Notes: generated by a model not told the origin, from the letters alone. DNA of 64,000 bases from an uncultured Draconibacterium sp. (GCA_963677575.1 OY782038.1:1916195-1980194); one strand, 5' to 3'; numbered from the stretch's first letter, positions 37,824 through 48,927 are shown. Numbers and translations are program-made.

Positions 37824-40800
37824 CTATAAACTTAATTGTAACCCAAATGAAACTGTTTTTACAGTTGGGAACCTGTTGCCTGTTGTTCCGCTAAGACTCT
37901 GTTCCGGGTCTGTTCCCCGTTTTTTTGCTTTCCCCCAGGTTACCAGGTTGTCTCCTTTTACAAATAACCGTAATGAGTTGATATTAATTTTATTCACGAT
38001 ACTGTTTGGCAGTGTATATCCCAATGTTATATTCCGAAGGCGGACAAAGCTGTTATTGTAAACATATTTTGAAGAATAGCTTGACATTGAATTTGAGAAT
38101 CCTTGAGAAAAACGTGCAATTGTACTGGTATTATTTTCCGGAGTCCAGGCATCTAAAACATCCTCGTGGAAAGAATACCCTGTTCTGTATCCCATCATTT
38201 GAGCATAGTCTGAATCATACAATTTCCCTCCAAAACTGTAATAAAACATCACAGATAAATCAAGACCTTTATATTTAAAATTGTTTGTGTAGCCACCAAA
38301 AACATCGGGCAAAGCGTCGCCCAAATATTTCTTTTGCTTGTCGCTGCTAACATCTGTTTGATCTTCTGTCAATACCCTGTCGGTTATTACTTCTTCTCCA
38401 TCAACAGTTTCGTAAATGTTCATCCACCACTGGTCATTTCCATTTTCGGGATTAATACCTGCATATTCCGCTCCCCAAAAATTATAACGTGATTCTCCTT
38501 CACGCCATTTAAAAACACCTGCATTCATTTCATCCTGTGGCAATTTTGTTATTTCATTTTTATAATGAGTAGCATTTATATCCATTGACCATGAGAAATC
38601 GTTTTGTTCCATTATTTTCCACGACAAATCGAACTCAACACCTTTGTTCTCTACATCGCCAATATTCTTATCAATTCCGCTAAACCCTGTTGAAGGAGCC
38701 ATTGGATCAGTAAAAAGCAAATCTTTTGATTGACGCTTAAAGTATTCTACCGATCCGGTTAAACGATTCAGTACAGTAAATTCAAGTCCAACGTTAAACT
38801 GAAGGTTGGTTTCCCATTTTAGACCTTCATTTGGTAATCTGGTAATTAACAAGCCTGGAGAGCCATAATCATTGTACCCCGTTCCATATAAACCCTGATA
38901 AGCATACATTGTGGATAAATTATCGTTACCTACAGCGCCATAACTTGCTTTTACTTTCAGGTTATCCAACCAGCTATATTGTTTAAAAAAATCTTCTTCA
39001 GAGGCTCTCCACGATGCACCTACTGACCAAAATGTTCCAAATCGTGAAGCATCGCTAAATCGTGAAGTTCCATCACGACGCAAACTCCCTGAGAAATAAT
39101 ATTTACTTTTATAATCGTACTCAACCCTTGAAAACCAACTCAGTAACCGGTAATTGTCTTCGTACGAATTTGATCCGGTCATTGTAGCTGCCGATGCCAA
39201 TTCATATAAACCTCCAAAAGGCAAATCTTCCCTGGTTGCCTCTAAATTATTTCTCTTAAATTTATAAGCTTCCTGCCCTAATAAAACATTAACCGAGTGG
39301 TCTGATATTTTTTTATTGTATGTAAGCAAGTTGGTAACTGTACTAGTGGTTGCCCTTGTAGTTGACTTAGAAACCTGTCCTCTTCCAATCATGTACCCAT
39401 AATCCGGGGTAGTATAACCATGGTAAGAAGTTAAGTAATAATCCAAACTAAAAGTCGACCTGAATTTTAGTTCAGGAGTAAAGGTAATTTCGGCATAATT
39501 CCTGGTAGAAATATTATCCACCAATGTTTCGTATTTGTTATAGGCTGCATCTGCCAGAGGGTTCCAACCAATCCATGACTGGCGGGTATCTCCATAGTCA
39601 TATATTTTATTCCCGTTATCGTCAGTTCTATATGCATTGGTATCATAATCATATTCATACACCGGATAAATAGAAGGAACAGTACGCAAAAGCCAAACAA
39701 CATCTGAGCCAACATCTGAGCCGGCCGGACTCTCAGATAAACTATGCGAGAACGACGTATTCGTTCCCATTTCAAGCCAGTTTTTTACTTTTGCTGAGAC
39801 ATTTGAACGAGCCGAAATCCGGTTAAACTTTTGTGTTGTAAAAATACCTTTATCGTCGAGGTAAGAAGCAGATAAATAATAATTGGTTTTATTTGTTTTA
39901 CCGCTAAAATCGATCGTATATTCCTGAGTTGGTCTTGACTTTAACAGTTCATCGTCCCAGTCTCCCTCGAAAAGGAGATTCGCATTCGGATCAAGTTTTC
40001 CATCAATTCCTACCGGCTTGTCAATACTAAACGGATTAATTTTTAGTTCATTCCCCAGGTTATCGGTCGCATAAAGTGCAGCCTCTGCTTCACTTGAACC
40101 ATTATCTATTGCCCCAAAATACATCGCTTCCCATGTTGTTTCAACAAATTCCTGGGGCGATAATCTGCGTGGTAAATCAACAGCTAATTTCGAAAAACTA
40201 AATGTTGAACTTACATTGATTTTCCCTTCATCTGATTTTCCCTTTTTAGTAGTAATGATAATTACACCATTTGCAGCCCGTGAACCGTAAAGAGCACTTG
40301 CCGAAGCATCTTTCAGTACAGTAATCGACTCAATATCTGATTGAGAAATGGCATTTATATAACCTCCGTAAGGAACTCCATCAACAACATAAAGTGGCGC
40401 AGTAGATGCATTCATAGACCCAATACCACGGATAACAACAGTAGGATTTGATCCTGGCTGCCCACTGTTATTGATTACCTGTACACCACTACTCATACCC
40501 TGCAAAGCTTGTATCGGGTTTGATGTTTTTATTTTCTTAAGTTTTTCTTCTGAAACCAACGATGCAGAACCTACAAATGATGATTTTTTTGATGTACCAT
40601 AGGCCACAACAACAACTTCGTCAACCCCAATAATCTTATCTTCTAAAATAATATTGTAAATCTGCTGACCGGTAATTTCAACCTCCTTAGTTTGTAGGCC
40701 AATAAACGAAACCACAATAAATTTAGCGTTATCTGACAATTTTAAAGCAAATTTGCCATCAATACTGGTTACTGTTCCTTGCTGCGTACCTTTTATCGAG

Positions 40801-41276
40801 ACACTGGCGCCCGGAATCAATTCTCCCAAACTATTCGTTACAGTACCATAAATTTCGCGATCCTGATCTTTTGCCTGCCTTAAAGTAGCAGCAGCATCGG
40901 TTTCATCTTTCTTTCGCGTTACAATAATCTGTTTGTCACGCACCTCGTAGTCCAATTTTTCACCTTTGAATAATTCAACAAGAATATTATCAATAGATGC
41001 ATCTTTTAAATCGAAACTGACTTTTCGACCTTCATTTACGACCTCTTTTCTGTACAGGAAATAATAATCACTGATTTCCTCAATGTGTTTGATTACTTCT
41101 TCTACGGTAGCTTTTTTACAGCTCACAGTTAGCCTTGTAGAATTTTGATAATCAGCATCATTTGCCCAGGAATGAACTCCACTGACCAACAGGATCAGAA
41201 TTGTTACCTGCGAAATAAAAAACATACTTCTTAGACTGTCATGGTTTTGTAACCACGATTTTAGTGTTAATTTCAT
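37824..41276 (-). CDS. SusC/RagA TonB-dependent transporter with N-terminal STN domain
   Basis: STN extension, VVVAYG, LKDASASALYGSRAANGVIIITTK, terminal FGLQLSL. Confidence 0.95.
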   Translation of the reverse strand: MKLTLKSWLQNHDSLRSMFFISQVTILILLVSGVHSWANDADYQNSTRLTVSCKKATVEEVIKHIEEISDYYFLYRKEVVNEGRKVSFDLKDASIDNILVELFKGEKLDYEVRDKQIIVTRKKDETDAAATLRQAKDQDREIYGTVTNSLGELIPGASVSIKGTQQGTVTSIDGKFALKLSDNAKFIVVSFIGLQTKEVEITGQQIYNIILEDKIIGVDEVVVVAYGTSKKSSFVGSASLVSEEKLKKIKTSNPIQALQGMSSGVQVINNSGQPGSNPTVVIRGIGSMNASTAPLYVVDGVPYGGYINAISQSDIESITVLKDASASALYGSRAANGVIIITTKKGKSDEGKINVSSTFSFSKLAVDLPRRLSPQEFVETTWEAMYFGAIDNGSSEAEAALYATDNLGNELKINPFSIDKPVGIDGKLDPNANLLFEGDWDDELLKSRPTQEYTIDFSGKTNKTNYYLSASYLDDKGIFTTQKFNRISARSNVSAKVKNWLEMGTNTSFSHSLSESPAGSDVGSDVVWLLRTVPSIYPVYEYDYDTNAYRTDDNGNKIYDYGDTRQSWIGWNPLADAAYNKYETLVDNISTRNYAEITFTPELKFRSTFSLDYYLTSYHGYTTPDYGYMIGRGQVSKSTTRATTSTVTNLLTYNKKISDHSVNVLLGQEAYKFKRNNLEATREDLPFGGLYELASAATMTGSNSYEDNYRLLSWFSRVEYDYKSKYYFSGSLRRDGTSRFSDASRFGTFWSVGASWRASEEDFFKQYSWLDNLKVKASYGAVGNDNLSTMYAYQGLYGTGYNDYGSPGLLITRLPNEGLKWETNLQFNVGLEFTVLNRLTGSVEYFKRQSKDLLFTDPMAPSTGFSGIDKNIGDVENKGVEFDLSWKIMEQNDFSWSMDINATHYKNEITKLPQDEMNAGVFKWREGESRYNFWGAEYAGINPENGNDQWWMNIYETVDGEEVITDRVLTEDQTDVSSDKQKKYLGDALPDVFGGYTNNFKYKGLDLSVMFYYSFGGKLYDSDYAQMMGYRTGYSFHEDVLDAWTPENNTSTIARFSQGFSNSMSSYSSKYVYNNSFVRLRNITLGYTLPNSIVNKININSLRLFVKGDNLVTWGKAKKRGTDPEQSLSGTTGNRFPTVKTVSFGLQLSL

Positions 41277-41351
41277 ATAAATTAATTTTTTGTACTATTC
41301 CTTTAACATTGCCCTAACTACATGCAATATTTCTTATTAAACAGTACCAGG

Positions 41352-42542
41352 TTATTTAACTATATATTTGTTTTCGTTGATTTTCTGTATTTTTACAGAT
41401 GCTGTTGAGGCTATATTATTAATTGCAGTTTGACAATTGTTACTTAATACAAGTTTCCCCGATATTTCAATAGCCCCCGTTAACGAATTTTCATACTCTA
41501 TTTCAATGTTATAAAACCTTTCCAGTTTTTTTGTTATACGATTAAGCTCTTCTCCATCAAAAAGGAAATAACCGTCTTTCCAACTTGTATGATAGCTAAT
41601 ATCAACTTCTTTTACAGATGATTCCTGTGTTGTTTTATTGTAACTGGCAATCTGATTGGGTTCCAGATAAATTGGTTTGGCAAAAGGCAAACCATTTGCT
41701 TCTTTTATACGAACACGGCCTTTGGTAAGTACCGTACTTACAATATTATCTACCCTGTAAGACGATACGTTGAATTCTGTTCCCAAGGCCTCGACAGACA
41801 GTTCGTTCGTGTTAACAATAAAAGGTTTCGATTTATCTGCCTTAACTTTAATATAAGCTTCGCCTTCAAGAAAAATCTCTCTCTTCTCTTTGTTAAATAC
41901 ATTTGGAAATAGCAAACGACTACCCGAATTCAACCATATTTCTGATCCGTCAGCTAAAGTTAAATAAGATGTTTTTCCAAAGGGAATAATAATCTGGTTG
42001 AAAGCAGCAGCATCCTTTCTACCATTTTTTTCCGCCCGAATTGTATCATTATCAACAATTACCCTGTCGGCAGTATAATCAACGGCCGATTTTTTACTTT
42101 CAATTGCAATATTCTTCCCATCAGATAAGATAAGTTGAGCATCAGAACTTTTCTCCGGAACGTATGCACTTTCCGTCAATAATTGTTCCCGAACCATATT
42201 TTTCTTATAAAAAGCGAAGTAACCTAATGAAAAAAATACAATCGCTACTGCAGCATATTTGGCAATACTTGTAAAGGATATTAATGGCCTTTTCTTGCTG
42301 TTCCGGTTGTATTTATTCAGGGCATTTAACAGAATTTCATGCTTTTCTTTGGATGATAATTTCTTATCGTTTGAACAAAACAACTTGCATAACTCAACCG
42401 ATTTGAGCAATACAGGCTTCTGCTTAATATTCGTTTCCTGATAATTGTTCCAGTATTCATCCAATTCTGATGTTGGATAATAGACCCATTCTATAAATTT
42501 CGGATCTTCAAGAAACTTCAAATACTCCTTATCAATAATCAT
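41352..42542 (-). CDS. FecR-family anti-sigma factor
   Basis: LADGSEIWLNSGS.L.FP, LEGEAY, LGTEFNV; start set at ATG 42542. Confidence 0.92.
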   Translation of the reverse strand: MIIDKEYLKFLEDPKFIEWVYYPTSELDEYWNNYQETNIKQKPVLLKSVELCKLFCSNDKKLSSKEKHEILLNALNKYNRNSKKRPLISFTSIAKYAAVAIVFFSLGYFAFYKKNMVREQLLTESAYVPEKSSDAQLILSDGKNIAIESKKSAVDYTADRVIVDNDTIRAEKNGRKDAAAFNQIIIPFGKTSYLTLADGSEIWLNSGSRLLFPNVFNKEKREIFLEGEAYIKVKADKSKPFIVNTNELSVEALGTEFNVSSYRVDNIVSTVLTKGRVRIKEANGLPFAKPIYLEPNQIASYNKTTQESSVKEVDISYHTSWKDGYFLFDGEELNRITKKLERFYNIEIEYENSLTGAIEISGKLVLSNNCQTAINNIASTASVKIQKINENKYIVK

Positions 42543-42761
42543 ATCTTTCCCCAGAATTTTAGAATAAGACTTGAAAAGACACAAAAAGGGGACACAAAAT
42601 CACAACTATTTTCAAAAAATAATGACAAATTGATATTCCCAACACGAATTAAACAGACCAAATCTGCAAAAAACGTCAAAACACTATCAATTACACAAAG
42701 ACAATAACGGCTTATATAACTTGCGCGGAAGAATTATCAGGATATTATTAGAAAAGTCAAA

Positions 42762-43370
42762 TTAACGGCTGGCCAGTATATAAAGCAAAAGGATAAAGTC
42801 GCTATTTAATTTCGACTTAGACGTGCCACCGTTATCGAGTAGCTCTCTTAATTTTCCAAGAGTGCGATAGGTTTGTTTTTTTGCTGATCCGGCATTTACT
42901 CCCAGAATATCACCAATCTGGTCAAAGCTAAGACCTTGATTATATCTCAGGTAAATTATTTCTTTTTGCTTGCTGGTAAGTTTATTTAGTGCATTTTGAA
43001 TTCTCTTTTTTTGCGAATCACCTATTTCATTGTCAATCCAGTATTTCTCTGCCGAATATTCAATTCCAAATTCAATATTCTCTGAAACTCCTCTCATTCT
43101 TTGGGACGATGATAATGAGTCAATTAGAGCGTTCTTTAATGATCTAAACAAATAAAATTTTATTGAACCAAGGTTCCGGATTTGATCTCTTCTTTCAAAG
43201 AGTTTAATAAAAACTTCCTGAATACAATCCTTTACCAAATTATCATCGCCACATATTTTTGTTCCATAAGCATACAGCAAATCAATATGTTGATTATAAA
43301 TCAAGGTGAAAGCTGAATGATGCCCAGCCTTAAAATCTTTCCATATTTTATTATCTTGCTTATTGTCCAT
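42762..43370 (-). CDS. ECF sigma-70 factor
   Basis: D.IQEVF..L region 2; LT.KQKEIIYLRY..GLS..QI region 4. Confidence 0.92.
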   Translation of the reverse strand: MDNKQDNKIWKDFKAGHHSAFTLIYNQHIDLLYAYGTKICGDDNLVKDCIQEVFIKLFERRDQIRNLGSIKFYLFRSLKNALIDSLSSSQRMRGVSENIEFGIEYSAEKYWIDNEIGDSQKKRIQNALNKLTSKQKEIIYLRYNQGLSFDQIGDILGVNAGSAKKQTYRTLGKLRELLDNGGTSKSKLNSDFILLLYILASR

Positions 43371-43565
43371 TTAATTCAACATTATTCACAATCAAATATT
43401 ACACCTCCTGAGGTCTGACAATCATAAAGGCAGCTTTAATCAGCAAAATAAATTAGAATTGATTTAGCTAAATGAAGAACGCTAATTTATAAAATCATTT
43501 AAATTATACAACAAGCTTAAAACTTAGTCACTTATTGATTATACTTAATAACCGTATCCCAACTC

Positions 43566-43664
43566 ACTTCTTCAAAGTCAATATCAGTTACCCCGAGATC
43601 ATCTTTTGGCTGGTCTTGTGCATCTGCTTGTTGACCTACATCAATACCAGACTAAGCACAACCC
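43566..43664 (-). repeat. decayed copy of the dnaK 3' end
   Basis: gapless 79/99 match to 53800-53898; translates GQQADAQDQPKDDLGVTDIDFEEV versus Dna[25 protein letters not shown]; contains an in-frame TAG. Confidence 0.9.
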
Positions 43665-43865
43665 GAGCTTTCATTTTTTTGTATTATAAAAAAACACTTC
43701 TTGAAAAAATACCGCTAAATGCAGGACTATTAATGCATTAGAGTATGCATCTCAACAATACTATATCAACAAATACGAATACTAACTTGGTTCCAACAAA
43801 TACTAAATCATTCAATTAATTATTCTTATGAAAAGTATTTTTGAACAAACCAAAAAGGACGCAGA

Positions 43866-44402
43866 ATGTATTCAAACCAGTATAACTGCAAAAGACCATC
43901 GTATAAATTACTGAACAAAACCCGAAACATTTTTTTCGGTTTCACTCTTCTTCTCGCATTGTTTATTACACATAAAAGTAACGCTCAAAGTGCAATTTTA
44001 TCGGCAGGCAGTACTGTCGAAAACGCCAATTATTCGCTGAGTTATTCTATTGGAGAGCTTTCGGTTGCTACCTATAAAAAAACAACGGTAACATTAACGC
44101 AGGGTCAACAACAGGGAAGCTTGATTATAACCTCCATAAATTCATCAGAGGATTTGGGAATCCAGGCAAAAGTCTACCCCAATCCTACCAGCAACTTTGT
44201 TATGCTAACCTTCGAAGGCGTCAACATTGATGACCTGAAATTCTCTTTAACCAATGTTAATGGAAGCCTCCTGTTAGCTGAGAAAAACCTTTCGCAGCAG
44301 CAACAGATTTCCATGTGCCAGTATATAAGTGGCATCTATTTTTTAACTGTATCCAACAGGAAAAACACTTACATCCATACATTCAAAATCATTAAAAAAT
44401 AA
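43866..44402 (+). CDS. small T9SS-sorted protein
   Basis: SYSIGE..TLTQG.QQ N-terminal domain; VYPNPT...KIIKK sorting domain. Confidence 0.8.
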   Translation: MYSNQYNCKRPSYKLLNKTRNIFFGFTLLLALFITHKSNAQSAILSAGSTVENANYSLSYSIGELSVATYKKTTVTLTQGQQQGSLIITSINSSEDLGIQAKVYPNPTSNFVMLTFEGVNIDDLKFSLTNVNGSLLLAEKNLSQQQQISMCQYISGIYFLTVSNRKNTYIHTFKIIKK

Positions 44403-44420
44403 TATTTCAAGCCCAATGTT

Positions 44421-47400
44421 ATGAAAAAAATCAAGTCGTTTATATTCATTTTCTTATTAGGGGTAGGATCTTTGTTGGCTCAAACACCCGGAGCTTTTAA
44501 TTACCAGGCAGTTTTACGCGACACCGAAGGAAAAATAATAAGCAATCAGGATGTTAGCATACAAATAAGTATTCTGCAACAAAGTGCATCCGGCGAAATC
44601 GTATTTCAGGAAAAACATTCAATCAATACCAACGAGTTTGGCTTAATTGTATTAGAAATAGGTAATGGATTACCTTTAACCGGAACACTTGCTGAAATAA
44701 ATTGGGGAGAAAGCACTCACTTCTTAAAAGTCGAATTGGATGCTACTGGTGGTGAATCGTATGTTGAAATGGGAACTAGTCAGATGCTTAGTGTTCCGTA
44801 TGCATTGTATGCTAAATCATCAGGATCAAATTTTAGTGGAAAATATTCTGATTTGGAAGGGACGCCTGATCTCCCCAATGATATTTCCGACCTTAGTGAT
44901 GCCGGGAAATTGCTTTTTGATGGGGATTATAACAGTCTCATCAATAAACCGGACTTAAGCCAACTGAATAGTGAAAACACTGACGCCTGGGACAAAGATG
45001 TAACAGATGATTTCGATGGAGACTACAACAGCCTAACAAATAAACCAACTACAATTTCAGCAGATCAAGCAACGGCAATTGATGCAAACTCGGCAAAAGT
45101 ATCAAATGTTAAAGCCGATTGGGATGCAACAACAGGAGAAGCACAAATTCTCAATAAACCAGATTTAACGGTTTATGTTGAAGAAACCAATACTTCCAAT
45201 TGGGATAAAAATGCCAGCGATGATTTTGATGGAAACTACAACAACCTGACCAACAAACCAACCACAATTTCAGCAGCTCAGGCAACGGCAATTGATGCAA
45301 ACACGGCAAAAGTATCGAATGTTAAAGCCGACTGGATTGCAACAAGTGGAGAAGCACAAATTCTCAACAAACCCGATTTAACGGTTTTTGTAGAAGAAAC
45401 AAATACTGCCAATTGGGATAAAAATGCCAGCGATGATTTTGATGGAGATTACAACAACCTGACTAATAAACCAACAACAATTTCGGCAACACAGGCAACA
45501 GCAATTGACGCAAACACGGCAAAAGTATCGAATGTTAAAGCCGACTGGATTGCAACAAGTGGAGAAGCACAAATTCTCAACAAACCCGATTTAACGGTTT
45601 TTGTAGAAGAAACAAATACTGCCAATTGGGATAAAAATGCCAGCGATGATTTTGATGGAGATTACAACAACCTGACTAATAAACCAACAACAATTTCGGC
45701 AACACAGGCAACAGCAATTGACGCAAACACGGCAAAAGTATCGAATGTAAAAGCCGACTGGATTGCAACAATCGGAGAAGCACAAATTCTCAACAAACCC
45801 GATTTAACGGTTTTTGTAGAAGAAACAAATACTGCCAATTGGGATAAAAATGCCAGTGACGATTTTGATGGAAATTACAACAACCTGATCAACAAACCAA
45901 CAACAATTTCGGCAGCGCAGGCAACGGCAATTGACGCAAACACTGCAAAACTATCAAATGTAAAAGCCGACTGGAATGCCGCAAGCGGAGAAGCACAAAT
46001 TCTGAATAAACCGGACTTAACTGTTTATGTAGAAGAGGCCAACACTTCCGGCTGGGATAAAAATGCTGCCGATGATTTTGATGGGAATTACAACAACCTG
46101 ACCAACAAACCAACAACAATTTCGGCTGCACAAGCAACAGCAATTGACGCAAACACGGCAAAAGTATCGAATGTAAAAGCCGATTGGAATGCGACAACAG
46201 GCGAAGCTCAAATACTCAACAAACCAGACCTAACTGCTTTTGTAGAAACAACCAATACTACAGGTTGGGATAAAGACGCCAGTGACGATTTTGATGGAAA
46301 TTATAACAACCTGACCAACAAACCAACAACCATTTCGGCTACACAAGCAACGGCAATTAATGCAAACACGGCAAAAGTATCGAATGTAAAAGCCGATTGG
46401 AATGCGACAACAGGCGAAGCACAAATTATGAATAAACCGGACTTAACGGTTTTTGTAGAAAAAACCAATACTTCCGGTTGGGATAAAAATGCTTCTGATG
46501 ATTTTAGTGGTAGTTTTAATGATCTTTCTGATGTGCCGGCAAACCTGGACACCGATGATACCGATGATTTTAGTGGCAACTTTAACGACCTAAGCAATGT
46601 TCCTGCCAATCTCGACATAGATGACTCCGATGATTTTGATGGAGATTACAACAACCTGACTAATAAACCAACAACAATTTCGGCAACACAGGCAACGGCA
46701 ATTGACGCAAACACGGCAAAAATTTCGAATGTTAAAGCCGACTGGAATGCAACAACAGGCGAAGCACAAATTCTGAATAAACCAGATTTAACGGTTTTTG
46801 TAGAAGAGGCAAATACTTCCGGTTGGGATAAAAATGCTTCTGATGATTTTAGTGGTAGTTTTAATGATCTTTCTGATGTGCCAGCTAATCTCGACGTGGA
46901 TGACTCCGACGATTTCGATGGAGATTACAACAGCTTAACTAATAAACCGTCTCAAGATATAATCCATGATGCCGATGCTGACACCAAGATTCAGGTTGAA
47001 AAAAATTCAGATGAAGATATTATTCGTTTTGATATTGCAGGAAATGAGAAAATGATATTGGATAATAAGTCGCTGTCATTTCCAGACAATAACCAAAGTG
47101 TTTTTATCGGCACAAACTCAGGCTCACAGATTTCCGGCAACGAATATGGATACAATACTTTTGTGGGTTTTCAGGCAGGAAGAAAAACAAACGGATCGTA
47201 CTGGGACGGAAGCGGTAACTCTTTCTTTGGTCATATGGTGGGAGACAATAACACATCCGGAAGCAATAATGCTGCATTTGGTAAATCTGCACTTTACAAA
47301 AATACTATTGGTAGTAACAATGTGGCAATTGGAGAAGAAGCACTTTATGAAAATCAAACCGGTTCTGGTAATATTGCTATTGGGTATCGGGCAGGAAGAA

Positions 47401-47993
47401 ACATTTCTGGTAGTAATAAACTCTTTATCGACAATTCAAACACCGATTCTCCACTTATTTATGGTGAGTTTGACAATAATTTACTTCGTATAAACGGTAC
47501 GCTAAATATTAATAATGCATACAATTTACCGGCAGCTGACGGAACCGCTGGACAGTATTTAACCACTGATGGTTCCGGAACAACACAATGGACTTCAGGA
47601 AAAACCTATACACTTGGATTGAATACCGACTTAGGTGGATATGTTATATATGTTACTCCCAATGGCAAACATGGATTGGTAGCAGCTACTCAAGATCAAT
47701 CAACTTCAGCCACATGGTATGACGCACAGGATGCCATCAGCGATCCGTCAAATCACGATTCAGCAGGACAGAATTTTACTGATTGGCGACTACCTACAAA
47801 ATATGAATTAAATATTATACATACATATAGAACGGAATTAAACGCAAGCTTAGGACAATTTACGCGCTACTGGAGTTCAACTGAATATGATCCTGACAAC
47901 TCTTACAATCAATTATTTAACGCTGACACTATCGACCAGGGTGCTGGATCAAAGACTGCAACAAATTATGTTCGTGCAATACGCTCGTTTTAA
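44421..47993 (+). CDS. large exported fibre/adhesin-like protein with 71-aa tandem repeats, YadA-head-like NxAxG repeats and DUF1566-like C-terminus
   Basis: FNYQAVLRD N-terminal domain, repeats, NNAAFG/NNVAIG/GNIAIG units, WRLPTKYEL..YWSSTE..VRAIRSF. Confidence 0.75.
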   Translation: MKKIKSFIFIFLLGVGSLLAQTPGAFNYQAVLRDTEGKIISNQDVSIQISILQQSASGEIVFQEKHSINTNEFGLIVLEIGNGLPLTGTLAEINWGESTHFLKVELDATGGESYVEMGTSQMLSVPYALYAKSSGSNFSGKYSDLEGTPDLPNDISDLSDAGKLLFDGDYNSLINKPDLSQLNSENTDAWDKDVTDDFDGDYNSLTNKPTTISADQATAIDANSAKVSNVKADWDATTGEAQILNKPDLTVYVEETNTSNWDKNASDDFDGNYNNLTNKPTTISAAQATAIDANTAKVSNVKADWIATSGEAQILNKPDLTVFVEETNTANWDKNASDDFDGDYNNLTNKPTTISATQATAIDANTAKVSNVKADWIATSGEAQILNKPDLTVFVEETNTANWDKNASDDFDGDYNNLTNKPTTISATQATAIDANTAKVSNVKADWIATIGEAQILNKPDLTVFVEETNTANWDKNASDDFDGNYNNLINKPTTISAAQATAIDANTAKLSNVKADWNAASGEAQILNKPDLTVYVEEANTSGWDKNAADDFDGNYNNLTNKPTTISAAQATAIDANTAKVSNVKADWNATTGEAQILNKPDLTAFVETTNTTGWDKDASDDFDGNYNNLTNKPTTISATQATAINANTAKVSNVKADWNATTGEAQIMNKPDLTVFVEKTNTSGWDKNASDDFSGSFNDLSDVPANLDTDDTDDFSGNFNDLSNVPANLDIDDSDDFDGDYNNLTNKPTTISATQATAIDANTAKISNVKADWNATTGEAQILNKPDLTVFVEEANTSGWDKNASDDFSGSFNDLSDVPANLDVDDSDDFDGDYNSLTNKPSQDIIHDADADTKIQVEKNSDEDIIRFDIAGNEKMILDNKSLSFPDNNQSVFIGTNSGSQISGNEYGYNTFVGFQAGRKTNGSYWDGSGNSFFGHMVGDNNTSGSNNAAFGKSALYKNTIGSNNVAIGEEALYENQTGSGNIAIGYRAGRNISGSNKLFIDNSNTDSPLIYGEFDNNLLRINGTLNINNAYNLPAADGTAGQYLTTDGSGTTQWTSGKTYTLGLNTDLGGYVIYVTPNGKHGLVAATQDQSTSATWYDAQDAISDPSNHDSAGQNFTDWRLPTKYELNIIHTYRTELNASLGQFTRYWSSTEYDPDNSYNQLFNADTIDQGAGSKTATNYVRAIRSF
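44920..46950 (+). repeat. intragenic 213-bp tandem repeats plus 66-bp sub-repeats
   Basis: unit starts (DW codons) at 45117, 45330, 45543, 45756, 45969, 46182, 46395, then 46740 after a 132-bp insert. Confidence 0.95.
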
Positions 47994-48078
47994 ACAAAAT
48001 CAATTTACAACAAATAAGAACAGCCCGACCTCGGATAAACATGGACATAAAACCAGAGCTGGGCAAAAACTAAAACAC

Positions 48079-48855
48079 ATGAAAAAAGTAGTATTTATAT
48101 CAGCAGCCTTACTTATGGTAAATTTGGTTGGGCTTTCGCAAGCCAAATACCAACCTAAAGTGGTAGTATTATTTATGGGAGAAAAGAATCCCACTTTTGA
48201 TGAGAGCAAATTCCCGAATTGCGACTTTTATTATACTCCGGGCATTACCGCCGAAGAGAAAAAGCTGGAGTCGGTTGCTTCTAAAGGATTAGGAGCCTTG
48301 GGAATTAAAGGAACCGAAACCAATTACGATGTAGTTTTTAGCGGCACACCTGAGGAAGCGTATGCCACTACTATTACCGAAGCTGTATTTTTCGATAAAA
48401 ACGGAAATGTTTCGGGCTTGTTTAAATCGGCTAAAAACGTATGCACCAGTCCAAAGAAAAACCTGCAGGGATCTATGGATTTTGTGAACTACGACAGCTT
48501 TAGCAAAGACTATATTAAAAAAGGAAACACAACAAAAGAAGCCAAAAAAGCACCTAAAAAACCAAAACATTTGTTCGACTATTATGGCAGTGGTTTCCCT
48601 GCCGACTTTGAAGTAGTTAATGCCAAAGGAGAAAAAGCAATGGTATCTGAACTTGTTACCGGCAATCCGTTAACCTTATTCTATTGCCTGTACCTAAGCC
48701 CCGAAATTGATTTGGCAGCCGGTATGGAAAGCGGTAAAGGGAAAAAAGGTAAAGATTATATAAATGACAATATTAATACTGTAAAAGGCATCAAGCAACT
48801 AAGTCTTCTTTCTGATATTGAATACGATATATTTGGCAACCAGGTAGTTTGGTAG
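48079..48855 (+). CDS. hypothetical exported protein
   Basis: signal peptide MKKVVFISAALL; start set at ATG 48079. Confidence 0.7.
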   Translation: MKKVVFISAALLMVNLVGLSQAKYQPKVVVLFMGEKNPTFDESKFPNCDFYYTPGITAEEKKLESVASKGLGALGIKGTETNYDVVFSGTPEEAYATTITEAVFFDKNGNVSGLFKSAKNVCTSPKKNLQGSMDFVNYDSFSKDYIKKGNTTKEAKKAPKKPKHLFDYYGSGFPADFEVVNAKGEKAMVSELVTGNPLTLFYCLYLSPEIDLAAGMESGKGKKGKDYINDNINTVKGIKQLSLLSDIEYDIFGNQVVW

Positions 48856-48899
48856 TCATACTTATATTAACTCTTCTTCAAATAACAAACATTAATAGC

Positions 48900-48927
48900 A
48901 TTAGGTGTAGTAAAAACTACACCTAAT
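48900..48927 (+). terminator. perfect 12-bp hairpin
   Basis: ATTAGGTGTAGT-AAAA-ACTACACCTAAT. Confidence 0.7.

Noticed and set aside
43535-43741. 68-aa plus-strand ORF
   Set aside because: It is the antisense reading of the decayed dnaK fragment; TTG start, no motif.
44920-46950. Cys-rich antisense ORFs and non-coding repeat array
   Set aside because: The 213-bp period is in frame within the 1190-aa gene; the antisense ORFs are by-products.
47600-47993. Diversity-generating retroelement target (DUF1566-like tip)
   Set aside because: No template repeat differing at adenines and no reverse transcriptase seen in the window.
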